Below the pieces are notes generated by a model that saw nothing but the letters and a program-made list of their open reading frames with translations, ran no database searches and had not been told where the DNA came from. The translations under genes were made by a program, and so were the position numbers. Positions 20,646 through 30,921 of a DNA stretch of 64,000 nucleotides are shown here, one piece after another. Every line of letters starts with the position of its first letter. Position 1 is the stretch's first letter. Source of the DNA: a plasmid; sequence record CP128686.1. One strand, given 5' to 3'.

Positions 20646-21704
20646 ATGAAAAAGAAAATTTGGTTTATGGAAGGGCTATCTTCCCAGCGAGACATTATCC
20701 TTGGAGTGAAATCATTTGCGGAAAAGGAAAATCAGGATATTGAAATCTTTTCTTCTCATCGCAACGAGAGGAAAGAGATCTTGTCTGTTTCCGATTTTTC
20801 AATGATCGAACCTAACAACGAAGAAGAACGTCTTTCTTTTATTCATTCCATTACTGACGCTCATGGTATTAATGCGATACATACTGGTCGCAACTGTAAA
20901 TGGTTTGAAAGCCACCGGGAAAACATTCAACGTTCTGGTGTCCACCTGACTACCGGGTCAACGGGGACTCACTGGTTTGAATTAGCCGATGAAAAAGTTA
21001 CTTTTTCCGAGTTTATGGAAAAAAATGGACTTCCGGTTGTCCCGTCGGTTCGGGTAAAAAATGTAGACGAGCTTCGTACTCTGCTGAGTCATCCCCCTTT
21101 CCCTTCTGATTGCCTCTGCATTAAACCTGTTACAGGCATTTATGGCATGGGATTCTGGCGTTTTGATGACAATGTTTCCCCGGTAGCTTTTCTCAACAAT
21201 CCTGATAGCCGTGTTATCCACCCATCACAGTTTCTGGCTGCTCATGCCCGGATGGACTGCTTTACTCCACAAGTACTGATGCCCTATTTACCCGGACCAG
21301 AATACTCTGTGGATATGGTGGTAAGTCAAGGCACGGTCCTGGCCGCTATCGGGCGGCGTAAAGAAGGTGTGCTTCAGTATCTGGAAAATGAAGGGGAAGC
21401 GATTGAACTTGCCATCAACTGCGCCCGCCTAATGAACGCAGACGGCATGGTCAATGTACAGACTCGCCATAATGCCGAAGGCAAACCGCTATTGCTGGAA
21501 ATTAACATGCGGCCTTCAGGAGGTATTGGTTATACGCGGTACAGTGGCGTGAATCTTCCGGGTCTGTATGCCTTCCATACACTTGGGCTGATGGATGATG
21601 ATCAGGTCAGGCAGTCAGCGAAAACTGATTTTTCACCTGCAGTCGTCCGCTCTGTCACCGATGTCATTCTCTATCCGGCATCATTGACCAACAGAATTGA
21701 TTAA
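20646..21704 (+). CDS. ATP-grasp enzyme of the Ter-associated biosynthetic module
   Basis: ATP-grasp fold pattern; divergent from terZ; translationally coupled to the next gene. Confidence 0.6.
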   Translation: MKKKIWFMEGLSSQRDIILGVKSFAEKENQDIEIFSSHRNERKEILSVSDFSMIEPNNEEERLSFIHSITDAHGINAIHTGRNCKWFESHRENIQRSGVHLTTGSTGTHWFELADEKVTFSEFMEKNGLPVVPSVRVKNVDELRTLLSHPPFPSDCLCIKPVTGIYGMGFWRFDDNVSPVAFLNNPDSRVIHPSQFLAAHARMDCFTPQVLMPYLPGPEYSVDMVVSQGTVLAAIGRRKEGVLQYLENEGEAIELAINCARLMNADGMVNVQTRHNAEGKPLLLEINMRPSGGIGYTRYSGVNLPGLYAFHTLGLMDDDQVRQSAKTDFSPAVVRSVTDVILYPASLTNRID

Positions 21705-22858
21705 TGGAGACAGATATGTCAGCAATTGATGGTAATTTCGTTTATCAAAAGACATTATCCTGTGGGCGAATTGAGGTAAGCAGCGAGGAAACCGATTATC
21801 CTCTTACTGATCTCTTTGATATCGCCGAACGGCGGAATCCAAAACGCGCATTTCTGTTTGTCAGTAAAGTGCTGGGTCGACATATTCCTGTCTCTCCTCT
21901 GGTCATGCGCAATGTTTATACACAGCTGGCGGAGAAGTTTCCCGGGACTCTGGACGGGCCGGTGGTATTTATCGGGATGGCTGAGACGGCTGTCGGCCTT
22001 GGGGCGGGAGTGTTTGATGAGGTGCGCAAGCATCACCCTGACTGTGTTTATCTGACATCAACCCGCCATCCGGTCGATGCCGAACTGTTGTGCGAGTTTA
22101 AAGAAGAGCACAGCCATGCCACAGACCACCTGATCTACTATCCAGTTTCTGCGGCCATGCGGAAAACCGTAGCGGAGGCACAAACATTAGTGCTCGTGGA
22201 TGATGAAGCCACGACGGGGAAAACGTTCCTCAATCTTCTCGCCTCATTACGTGCATCGGGTGCACTCCGGAAGGTACGACGGGTTATTGCTGTCACGCTG
22301 ACTGACTGGAGCGGAGAAGCACTCAGTCAGAACAGCCCCCTGCCCCTGCATACAGTATCGCTCATCTCCGGCAACTGGCGCTGGACACCCGAACCGGATG
22401 CCCCGCTTCCTGTCATGCCCCAGGTAAATGTGACCTCCAGAGGGAACGTCCCGATCACAGGCAAACAATCCTGGGGGCGACTCGGGATGCAGATACCGGC
22501 GAGTGACCTGGGTCTCCAGGTTCAGGTTTCGCACGGTGAAAACATTCTGGTACTGGGCACCGGTGAATTTGTCTGGGAGCCGTTCCTGCTGGCTGAGCGA
22601 CTTGAAGCGGCAGGTGCTCAGGTCGTGTTCAGTTCGACGACCCGCTCACCGATTTCCACTGGTTATGCTATCCAGTCCGCCATTGCTTTCAGCGATAACT
22701 ACGGACTGGGTATTCCAAATTATGTCTATAACGTTGCTCATCAGCAGTTTGACCGGATCCTGATTTGTTGCGAAACGCCAGCTTCCAGCGTGGACCCCCG
22801 GCTGCTTGAGGCGCTTTCCGCTGTTGCTCCCACCGTAGAGGTGATTACCTATGAATAA
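21704..22858 (+). CDS. Phosphoribosyltransferase-like protein (Ter-linked PRTase)
   Basis: PRPP-binding motif VLVDDEATTGKT. Confidence 0.6.
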   Translation: METDMSAIDGNFVYQKTLSCGRIEVSSEETDYPLTDLFDIAERRNPKRAFLFVSKVLGRHIPVSPLVMRNVYTQLAEKFPGTLDGPVVFIGMAETAVGLGAGVFDEVRKHHPDCVYLTSTRHPVDAELLCEFKEEHSHATDHLIYYPVSAAMRKTVAEAQTLVLVDDEATTGKTFLNLLASLRASGALRKVRRVIAVTLTDWSGEALSQNSPLPLHTVSLISGNWRWTPEPDAPLPVMPQVNVTSRGNVPITGKQSWGRLGMQIPASDLGLQVQVSHGENILVLGTGEFVWEPFLLAERLEAAGAQVVFSSTTRSPISTGYAIQSAIAFSDNYGLGIPNYVYNVAHQQFDRILICCETPASSVDPRLLEALSAVAPTVEVITYE

Positions 22859-23624
22859 GCCCGTCGTCTTCAGCGACCTCGATGACACCCTGTTCCAGAC
22901 CCGCCGAAAAATGGTTGATGAACTTGCCCTTGAACCGTTCCGGACCGGCGCACTGGATCGCAGCCTCACGCCTCGCAGTTTTATGACCGAAGAGCAAGCC
23001 ATGCTGGTGGACTGGTTGCTGGAACATGCGGACCTCATTCCTGTGACGGCCAGAGGTACGGAAGAAATCAGTCGGGTACAGATCCCCTTCCGTTCCTGGG
23101 CCGTGACCACTCATGGCGCGGTGATCCTTCGTCCAGATGGTACGCCAGACAGCGACTGGAAAGCCCATATGCTGGAGTGCCTGTCCTCCTACGCCGACCG
23201 CTTAACATCAATGCAACATATCATCACCGAGCTCATGGATGCGCGAGGCATTAATGCCTGGGCACGCCTCAACTACGAATATGAGGGTACACCGGTGTAT
23301 CTGGTCATGAAGCACCGCGACAGCACGAAGCTTGATGAACTGAACGCTGTCGGGGATGAGATTGAGCGCGTTTTTTCGACCGAAGGGTTTTACATCCACC
23401 GTAACAGCAACAACATTGCCTGGTTACCCTGCCCGGTAGAAAAAGGGCTGGCCGTTTCATGGTTGCTGGAGAAACTGCGTCAGGAGCGCGGGGTTTTCCC
23501 GGTGATGGGGCTGGGTGACAGCCTGAGCGACCATCGGTTCATGAAACTCTGCAGCTGGTTTGGTCTTCCACGCCAGAGTCAGTTTGCCGAGGCCATATCA
23601 CAGCGTATTTTTGGAGAGCAATAA
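22851..23624 (+). CDS. HAD-family phosphatase
   Basis: N-terminal FSDLDDTLF (DxDxT) motif. Confidence 0.65.
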   Translation: MNKPVVFSDLDDTLFQTRRKMVDELALEPFRTGALDRSLTPRSFMTEEQAMLVDWLLEHADLIPVTARGTEEISRVQIPFRSWAVTTHGAVILRPDGTPDSDWKAHMLECLSSYADRLTSMQHIITELMDARGINAWARLNYEYEGTPVYLVMKHRDSTKLDELNAVGDEIERVFSTEGFYIHRNSNNIAWLPCPVEKGLAVSWLLEKLRQERGVFPVMGLGDSLSDHRFMKLCSWFGLPRQSQFAEAISQRIFGEQ

Positions 23625-23625
23625 G

Positions 23626-24705
23626 ATGTCGCATTTTGCCCCGTTTTCTGGTTCCTATAAACCGGACGATGTTCACTTTTTGCTGAAACCCATTGTCATG
23701 GAGATGACACCGGTTGACCTGAAGGAAGAACTGATTCAGTCAGGAAAAATGCATTATTCCGACATGTTAAGCCAGGAACCAGAGCCGACCCGCTGGCACC
23801 TGGATCTTTTCACCCGTGCGCTTGACTCGGGAGCTGCACGTCTGGCACGGGAGGTATCTTATCTTGCTCGTGAACTGGCCCGTCGTGCTGGCGATGAACC
23901 CATTGCCCTGGTCAGCCTGGTCAGAGCTGGTGTTCCACTGGGGGTCATGCTGCATCAGGCTCTGCGTGCGATGGGAAAACAGTCTTTCCACTACGGGATC
24001 AGCATTATCCGCGACAGGGGTATTGATGCTGCGGCGCTTGATTTTATCGAATCACGCCATGGTACTGGTGGCATAGTGTTTGTCGACGGCTGGACGGGAA
24101 AAGGAGCTATTACCGGCGAATTATCCCGCACACTGAAGGACCGTCCCGGTTATCCGGAGCAGCCTCGACTGGTTGTGCTGGCTGACCCCTGCGGATGTGC
24201 CTGGCTTGCTGCCAGTGACGATGACTGGCTTATCCCGTTCGGTATCATGGGCGCGCCTGTCTCGGGTCTGATTTCGCGCTCTGTCTGGGCCGAAGAAGGC
24301 CTGCATGGCTGTGTGGTTTGCGATCACCTTCAGTCTTTTGAATGTAGCCAGATGCTGGTGGATACGGTAGCACATTTCCGTGAACAGCTTGACGGTAAAC
24401 CCCTTCCCGCTTCTGGCTGGGACGCAGGGAAAAATGCCGCACGCTGGCAGCTGAGCAGAAAAGTTATCCAGAGCCTTGCTGCGCGTTATGAGGTGGACAG
24501 CATTAACCGCATTAAGCCGGGTATCGCTGAAGCGACGCGGGCGGTTCTGCGTCGTGTACCTGATCATGTTTTTGTTCGCCAGATGGATGACCCGGATGTT
24601 TCTCTTCTGGTTGGGCTGGCAAAAGAGAAAGGTATCCAGGTGACGGAAGCCGGGGATACGCTCGGTCAGTATCGTGCGGTTACCATTATCAAAAAGGTAC
24701 GCTGA
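23626..24705 (+). CDS. PRTase_2/TRSP-like protein, a second Ter-linked phosphoribosyltransferase-like protein
   Basis: Architecture and position in the conserved Ter biosynthetic cluster; start chosen at the Met after the HAD stop. Confidence 0.45.
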   Translation: MSHFAPFSGSYKPDDVHFLLKPIVMEMTPVDLKEELIQSGKMHYSDMLSQEPEPTRWHLDLFTRALDSGAARLAREVSYLARELARRAGDEPIALVSLVRAGVPLGVMLHQALRAMGKQSFHYGISIIRDRGIDAAALDFIESRHGTGGIVFVDGWTGKGAITGELSRTLKDRPGYPEQPRLVVLADPCGCAWLAASDDDWLIPFGIMGAPVSGLISRSVWAEEGLHGCVVCDHLQSFECSQMLVDTVAHFREQLDGKPLPASGWDAGKNAARWQLSRKVIQSLAARYEVDSINRIKPGIAEATRAVLRRVPDHVFVRQMDDPDVSLLVGLAKEKGIQVTEAGDTLGQYRAVTIIKKVR

Positions 24706-25661
24706 TGAAAAAACAACCCAACCCATGGGAACTCGGTGCCACGCTGTATATGCCTGCCACACGCAAGGATATCGCTGAGGTCGTTCTGGAAGGGAAAATA
24801 CCGGGGCTACGCTCTCTGGTTGTCTGCCTGGAAGATGCGGTCAGCGAGCATGACATCCCTCTTGCGATTCAGAATCTTTCACTGTTTTTGAAGCAATTGA
24901 GACACGCAAGAGCCGTCAACGATGATGAGAAGTACCCACTGGTATTTATCCGCCCACGTCACACTGATATGGGGGGATGGTTAACGACTAATTTGGACCT
25001 GAGTGCAGTTGATGGTTTTGTACTGCCCAAATTCACCCTTTCCACGCTCCCGGTTTGGTGGGACATCATGGCAGGAACATCATTGATGATGATGCCAACG
25101 CTTGAAACCGAAGAAGTCTATGATGTTATTAAAATGCAGGCGCTGGCAAATGAACTTTCGAGTCATGACTGCCGTGACCGCATAATCGCTTTGCGGATCG
25201 GCGGAAACGATCTCATGAACGTCGTGTCTCTGCGACGGCCACGGGATCTGACCCTTTATGACACTCCTATGGGTTATGTCATAAAAATGCTTGTGTCAGT
25301 ATTCGCTCCTCGTGATTTTGCGCTTACCGCACCAGTATGCGAACACATCGACGATCACGGCGTTCTGGGACGAGAACTCTCTATGGATATCGCCCATGGG
25401 CTGGTGGGTAAAACGGCCATTCATCCTGATCAGATTAGTGTCATAGAGGAGGCGCTTAAAGTGTCTCCTGGTGAGCATTCAGATGCGTTACGAATTCTGA
25501 ATTCCACCCAGGCAGTCTTCAAATCTCAGGGAGCGATGTGTGAACCGGCCACCCATCGCCGGTGGGCTCAGGGGATCCTGGGACGGGGACAGGTATACGG
25601 TCTGACTACGGGGCAAAATCCGGAAGGAATCAGGCTTATTCCAGTTTCTAAGCAGCACTAA
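24705..25661 (+). CDS. HpcH/HpaI aldolase or citrate lyase beta (CitE)-like TIM-barrel C-C lyase
   Basis: CitE-like motifs (LYMPATR.., VVCLEDA); ATGA overlap with the upstream gene. Confidence 0.55.
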   Translation: MKKQPNPWELGATLYMPATRKDIAEVVLEGKIPGLRSLVVCLEDAVSEHDIPLAIQNLSLFLKQLRHARAVNDDEKYPLVFIRPRHTDMGGWLTTNLDLSAVDGFVLPKFTLSTLPVWWDIMAGTSLMMMPTLETEEVYDVIKMQALANELSSHDCRDRIIALRIGGNDLMNVVSLRRPRDLTLYDTPMGYVIKMLVSVFAPRDFALTAPVCEHIDDHGVLGRELSMDIAHGLVGKTAIHPDQISVIEEALKVSPGEHSDALRILNSTQAVFKSQGAMCEPATHRRWAQGILGRGQVYGLTTGQNPEGIRLIPVSKQH

Positions 25662-25671
25662 GGAAGCATAT

Positions 25672-26895
25672 ATGGGATTGAGATTTAGTAAATCGATCAG
25701 CATTATCCCGGGGGTCAGGGTTAACCTGAGTAACGGGACCCCCAGTCTGAGTATTGGCCCCCGTGGAGCTTCGCTGTCAGTGGGAAAGAATGGTACGTTT
25801 GCCAACCTGGGCCTTCCCGGAACGGGACTGAGTTACCGCACCCGGATTGACAGAACAGCACGGGAAAGAGTGAATACCAGGCATCAGGCAGATCCCGGTC
25901 TGAGGTCTGAACTGGAGCTGGTGGTGGAAAAACTGATGTCCACCGTAACAGCGATAACCAATATCCATGAACTCTCCCCTTCTCCAAAGGGAGGGAATAC
26001 CTGGGCCACGCTCGAGACACAGTACCTGGCGCTCCGTCAGGGCAGTTTCACTCTTCCTGCGCCGGTACGACCAAACAAACCTGAATATATACCTCTTCCA
26101 CCAGAACCTGATGAGCATGCCGGTCGCGGTTTCCTTGGGGGATGGTTTGAATCTGATGCAGCCCGACAGGAGCGACAGAACGAAAACCTTCGGCGGTGGC
26201 AGACGTCCGTCGCTGATATTGAACGTGAAAATGCGTTGCTGAAACAGCGTTATGAGAAACAGCGTATAGCGTGGGCTGAGCAGTACGCAGAATGGCAGCA
26301 TCAGTACCAGGAGCATGAAAAAAATCGCACGGACTCTGTAGCTTTAGCGAAAGAGCAATTCCGATCTAACGCCCGCTTCTTTGAACATTGTCTTGAGGAA
26401 GTTTTCTCGCAAACAGAATGGCCGCGAGAAACGCTGGTGACGTTTGAGGTACGGCCTGAAGAATCAACAGTCTGGCTTGATGTTGATTTACCTGAGATTG
26501 AGGATATGCCTGATAAAGTGTATAGCGTGAATGCCCGGGGAACTGATATCAATGAAAAAGCCATGACACAGAAAGCGGTCCGGGAAAGTTACGCTAAACA
26601 CGTTCACGGATGCCTGCTGAGATTAGCAGCAATCGTTTTTCAGACGCTTCCGTTTGAACAGGCCGTCATTTCAGGCTTCACTCAGCGGGTGAGTAAACGC
26701 ACTGGATATCTTGAAGATGAGTACATTATTTCCTGGCGGGTACGCCGCTCTGAAATCGAGCTAATCAACTTCGGGAATCTGCGTGGCGTTGACCCTATTG
26801 AAGCATTGGGTGATCGAGGTCTGATCAGGAAAATGAGTTCAACTTACATTTTTCAGCCTATAGAACCACTGACCCAGATGGCAGGTACCGACTGA
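25672..26895 (+). CDS. DUF4236-domain protein with a long uncharacterised C-terminal region (407 aa)
   Basis: N-terminal GLRFSKSISIIPGVRVNLS.. pattern. Confidence 0.45.
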   Translation: MGLRFSKSISIIPGVRVNLSNGTPSLSIGPRGASLSVGKNGTFANLGLPGTGLSYRTRIDRTARERVNTRHQADPGLRSELELVVEKLMSTVTAITNIHELSPSPKGGNTWATLETQYLALRQGSFTLPAPVRPNKPEYIPLPPEPDEHAGRGFLGGWFESDAARQERQNENLRRWQTSVADIERENALLKQRYEKQRIAWAEQYAEWQHQYQEHEKNRTDSVALAKEQFRSNARFFEHCLEEVFSQTEWPRETLVTFEVRPEESTVWLDVDLPEIEDMPDKVYSVNARGTDINEKAMTQKAVRESYAKHVHGCLLRLAAIVFQTLPFEQAVISGFTQRVSKRTGYLEDEYIISWRVRRSEIELINFGNLRGVDPIEALGDRGLIRKMSSTYIFQPIEPLTQMAGTD

Positions 26896-26897
26896 AT

Positions 26898-27356
26898 ATG
26901 CAATTAAACACCAGACAGGAAAGAGTTTACACCCTGGCTAACATACTTGGCTCAGGGAAGCCTGTATCGGCGCAATCCATCACCGCGACGCTGGCCTGTT
27001 CTGAGCCGACACTAAGCCGGGCGCTTAAAGAGCTGAGGGAAACTTACGCTGCTGAAATTAAATACAGTAAGGCTGGCCACTCCTATCAGATGGTACACTC
27101 CGGATTACTGGATAAGAAAACACTAAAGAGAATGAGTGAGGCACTGGACCTTAATTCTGATTTAAAAACACATGACCAGGGGGCACGGGTGGTACTGGAT
27201 AAGGATATAAAAACTTCCGTTTCCCTGTCGATAAGACGCCGTGTTCTTCGCAAAATTGACAAACTGGCTGCGCTAAGCGGTACATCAAGAAGCGAGGCAG
27301 TAGAAAAATTAGTAGAGTTAAAAATTGATGAAATTATCAATGAAATGAAGAAATAG
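26898..27356 (+). CDS. terW: TerW-like regulator with N-terminal wHTH and C-terminal ribbon-helix-helix
   Basis: 152 aa, CopG-like RHH C-terminus, position upstream of terY/terX as in known plasmid ter loci. Confidence 0.4.
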   Translation: MQLNTRQERVYTLANILGSGKPVSAQSITATLACSEPTLSRALKELRETYAAEIKYSKAGHSYQMVHSGLLDKKTLKRMSEALDLNSDLKTHDQGARVVLDKDIKTSVSLSIRRRVLRKIDKLAALSGTSRSEAVEKLVELKIDEIINEMKK

Positions 27357-27835
27357 CAGAATATTAGTGGGGTGGTTGTTCTCACTCCACTAATCGGCAA
27401 TCTTTACCATTTTCCCAACAGGTGTTTATTGTATAACTACAGATAAAAAGCAAATTAATAAAATAAATATTTTTAATTCATAAATAATCCCTGTGTTTTA
27501 TTTTATTAGTTTTCTTTTAACTGACCATCGTCACCGTATTATTAAATGCAAAAACGTTAAACCATATTTTATATAGATTATGACCTGTCCAGTTTCCCGG
27601 CGACGGGTTATCAATATGGCGAATGCCTACTAAAAATGGCGGGGATCGTATTGTTGAAATATTGCAAATTTGTATTGTTGTTCAACCAACTCGCGCGTTT
27701 GAAACAACGTGAAAATCTCACTTTGTGATTGCTGAACTAACTATATGCCTTTGTTTTTAGTAATATGATATGAAGTGTTTATAAAACCATGTTCAGGAAA
27801 TGAGCTCCCCCATCAACCATTAAGGAAAGTTTAAG

Positions 27836-28474
27836 ATGAGAAGACTTCCCGTCTATCTACTTCTCGATACATCAGGTTCAATGCACGGAGAGCCTATAGA
27901 GGCAGTTAAAAATGGTGTCCAGACACTACTGACCACCCTGAAGCAGGATCCTTATGCACTGGAAACTGCATATGTCTCTGTCATTACTTTCGACTCTACT
28001 GCTCGTCAGGCCGTACCTCTTACAGATCTCCTCAGTTTCAATCTCCCCTCTTTTTCGGCAAGCGGAACTACCGCTCTGGGCGAAGCCTTATCCCTGACTG
28101 CAAACCGAATTGATGCAGAAGTTCAGAAAACGACAGCGGAGACAAAAGGAGACTGGCGTCCACTCGTTTTCCTGATGACGGATGGCGGACCTACGGATGA
28201 CTGGCGTAAAGGACTGAATGAATTCAAAGCAGCCAAAAAAGGGGTAGTTGTAGCCTGTGCTGCCGGTCACGATGCCGACACAGCGGTACTTAAGGAGATT
28301 ACAGAGATTGTTCTCCAGCTGGACACTGCAGACAGTTCCTCCATCAAAGCTTTTTTCAAATGGGTGTCAGCCAGTGTTTCCGTAGGTAGCCAGAAAGTCG
28401 ATGCCGGTAAAAAAGAAGTTATCGGTCTTGATGATTTGCCTCCACCGCCGCCAGAAGTAAACGTGGTTTTATAA
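27836..28474 (+). CDS. terY: TerY, a vWA-domain protein with MIDAS motif DTSGSM
   Basis: vWA MIDAS motif; preceded by an AT-rich promoter region. Confidence 0.7.
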   Translation: MRRLPVYLLLDTSGSMHGEPIEAVKNGVQTLLTTLKQDPYALETAYVSVITFDSTARQAVPLTDLLSFNLPSFSASGTTALGEALSLTANRIDAEVQKTTAETKGDWRPLVFLMTDGGPTDDWRKGLNEFKAAKKGVVVACAAGHDADTAVLKEITEIVLQLDTADSSSIKAFFKWVSASVSVGSQKVDAGKKEVIGLDDLPPPPPEVNVVL

Positions 28475-28498
28475 GCAATTAACTTAAGAGAGGATCCT

Positions 28499-29140
28499 AT
28501 GACTGTCAGCTTACGGAAAGGGCAAGGCGTCAGCCTGCGTAAAAATGAGTTCGATCTTTCCTCAGTCACGATAGGTCTTGGCTGGGACATCAATGAAGAG
28601 AAAAAAGGGTTCCTGGGCGGAATTTTTGGCAAAAAAGAGGAGGAGTATGACCTCGATGTTATTGCCTTTCTCTGCAACGCAGCCGGTAAAGTGACTGATC
28701 TTGGCAATGTTGAAAATGGTAAGCCGACACTGGTTAACGGCGATATCGTCTTCTTCAACAGTCTTCGCCATAAATCAGGGCAGATCTGGTTGACCGGCGA
28801 TAACCGGACAGGTGCCGGTGACGGAGACGATGAGCAAATTATCGTAAAACTAAACAGCATCGATCCGAAGTACGAAAAAATTGTCTTTATTGTTCAGATC
28901 TACAACGGCGAAAAATTACAGCAGCACTTTGGAAAAGTGCAAAATGCATTTATCCGGGCGGTAGACGGAAAAAATGTGGAAATGGCACGCTTTGACCTCT
29001 CCGGCGGTGTAGCCTTTAATGGTCAGCGATCGATGGTCTTTGCTGAGCTTGTCCGGGAATCCAGTGGCTGGAAACTGAATGCGATAGGCGAGCCTTCCAC
29101 CTCCGATTCGTTCGTAAGCCATCTGAGGAACTATATCTAA
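28499..29140 (+). CDS. terX: TerX, a TerD-family protein
   Basis: GDNRTGAGDGDDE motif; 213 aa. Confidence 0.7.
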   Translation: MTVSLRKGQGVSLRKNEFDLSSVTIGLGWDINEEKKGFLGGIFGKKEEEYDLDVIAFLCNAAGKVTDLGNVENGKPTLVNGDIVFFNSLRHKSGQIWLTGDNRTGAGDGDDEQIIVKLNSIDPKYEKIVFIVQIYNGEKLQQHFGKVQNAFIRAVDGKNVEMARFDLSGGVAFNGQRSMVFAELVRESSGWKLNAIGEPSTSDSFVSHLRNYI

Positions 29141-29611
29141 ATGCGAAGACTACCCGTATATCTGCTCATCGATACTTCCGGCTCAATGAGAGGAGAATCG
29201 ATACATTCAGTGAATGTGGGTGTGCAGGCTATGCTGAGTGCCCTGAGACAGGACCCTTATGCGCTTGAAAGCGTCCATATCTCAATAATTACATACGATA
29301 ATGAAGCCCGGGAGTATGTTCCCCTCACTGCCCTGGCTGACTTTCAGTTTTCTGATATAGAAGTACCAAGTGCGGGCGGCACCTTTACCGGCGCGGCGCT
29401 TGAATGTCTGATCCAGTGTGTCGACCGGGATATTCGCCGCTCTGATGGTGAACAGAAAGGCGACTGGAGACCGCTGGTGTTTCTGATGACAGATGGTACT
29501 CCGTCAGATGCCTGGGCTTATGGGGAAGCTGTTAAAGAGGTTCAGCGGCGTTCGTTTGGTTCCATTATAGCCTGTGCTGTTGGCCCTAAAGCGGGACACG
29601 AACATCTGAAA

Positions 29612-30667
29612 GGCTTTGTTGAATAAATCGAACTTTTGCTGAGTTGAAGGATCAGATCACGCATCCTCCCGACAACTCAGACCATTCCGTGGCAAAGCAA
29701 AAGTTCAGAATCACCAACTGGTCCACTTACAACAAAGCTCTCATCAACCGTGGCTCCCTCACTTTCTGGCTGGATGATGAGGCGATTCAGGCCTGGTATG
29801 AGTCGGCAACGCCTTCATCACGAGGAAGGCCCCAGCGCTATTCTGATCTCGCCATCACCACCGTTCTGGTGATTAAACGCGTATTCCGGCTGACCCTGCG
29901 GGCTGCGCAGGGTTTTATTGATTCCATTTTTGCCCTGATGAACGTTCCGTTGCGCTGCCCGGATTACACCAGTGTCAGTAAGCGGGCAAAGTCGGTTAAT
30001 GTCAGTTTCAAAACGTCCACCCGGGGTGAAATCGCACACCTGGTGATTGATTCCACCGGGCTGAAGGTCTTTGGTGAAGGCGAATGGAAAGTCAGAAAGC
30101 ACGGCAAAGAGCGCCGTCGTATCTGGCGAAAGTTGCATCTTGCTGTTGACAGCAACACACATGAAGTTGTCTGTGCAGACCTGTCGCTGAATAACGTCAC
30201 GGACTCAGAAGCCTTCCCGGGCCTTATCCGGCAGACTCACAGAAAAATCAGGGCAGCCGCGGCAGACGGGGCTTACGATACACGGCTTTGTCACGATGAA
30301 ATGCGCCGCAAAAAAATCAGCGCGCTTATTCCTCCCCGAAAAGGAGCAGGTTACTGGCCCGGTGAGTACGCAGACCGCAACCGTGCCGTTGCTAATCAGC
30401 GGCTGAGCGGAAGCAATGCACGGTGGAAATGGACAACGGAATATAACCGTCGCTCGATAGCGGAAACGGCAATGTACAGAATGAAGCAGTTGTTGGGAGA
30501 TTCACTGACGCTGCGTGACTACGATGGTCAGGTAGCGGAAGCTATGGCCATGGTGCGTGCGTTGAACAGGATGACAAAGGCTGGGATGCCAGAAAGCGTG
30601 CGTATTGCCTGAAAATCCAGCCAGCTACAGGGTCGTTCGCACGAAATCTTATTTATTCAACAAAGCC
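29612..30667 (+). mobile_element. IS903B (IS5 family), intact, flanked by 9-bp direct repeats CATCTGAAA
   Basis: Terminal IRs GGCTTTGTTGAATAAATCG and duplication seen; 307-aa transposase. Confidence 0.9.
29644..30612 (+). CDS. IS903B transposase
   Basis: ORF track; identical to the copy at 37923-38891. Confidence 0.9.
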   Translation: MKDQITHPPDNSDHSVAKQKFRITNWSTYNKALINRGSLTFWLDDEAIQAWYESATPSSRGRPQRYSDLAITTVLVIKRVFRLTLRAAQGFIDSIFALMNVPLRCPDYTSVSKRAKSVNVSFKTSTRGEIAHLVIDSTGLKVFGEGEWKVRKHGKERRRIWRKLHLAVDSNTHEVVCADLSLNNVTDSEAFPGLIRQTHRKIRAAAADGAYDTRLCHDEMRRKKISALIPPRKGAGYWPGEYADRNRAVANQRLSGSNARWKWTTEYNRRSIAETAMYRMKQLLGDSLTLRDYDGQVAEAMAMVRALNRMTKAGMPESVRIA

Positions 30668-30921
30668 CATCTGAAACTACTGACTGACAAAGTTGTGGCT
30701 CTTGAAACACTGGATTCGACCGCATTTTCAGGCTTTTTCAAATGGGTCAGTGCCAGCGTGGCTTCAGGAAGCTCCAGTGCCGGAGTCACTACTGATTCGG
30801 ACACACTTCCACCGCCACCGCCAGAAATCCAGCTTGTTCTGTAACTTACGCCGGTATGGCAGGGAATAACCCTGCCTTATACCGATAAAGTCCATCTCTG
30901 CTATGGACGTCACATTTTGCT

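Larger units (their letters stand above)
29141..30844 (+). pseudogene. terY: Second terY (vWA) paralog disrupted by IS903B. The N-terminal part is 29141-29611 and the C-terminal part 30677-30844. The 9-bp target duplication is CATCTGAAA.
   Basis: The reading frame resumes exactly after the IS and its duplication; the C-terminus is homologous to terY1. Confidence 0.8.

Noticed and set aside
29818-30200. Minus-strand ORFs inside the IS903B copies (also 38097-38479, 12444-12802)
   Set aside because: They are antisense to the transposase gene and conserved only because the IS copies are identical.
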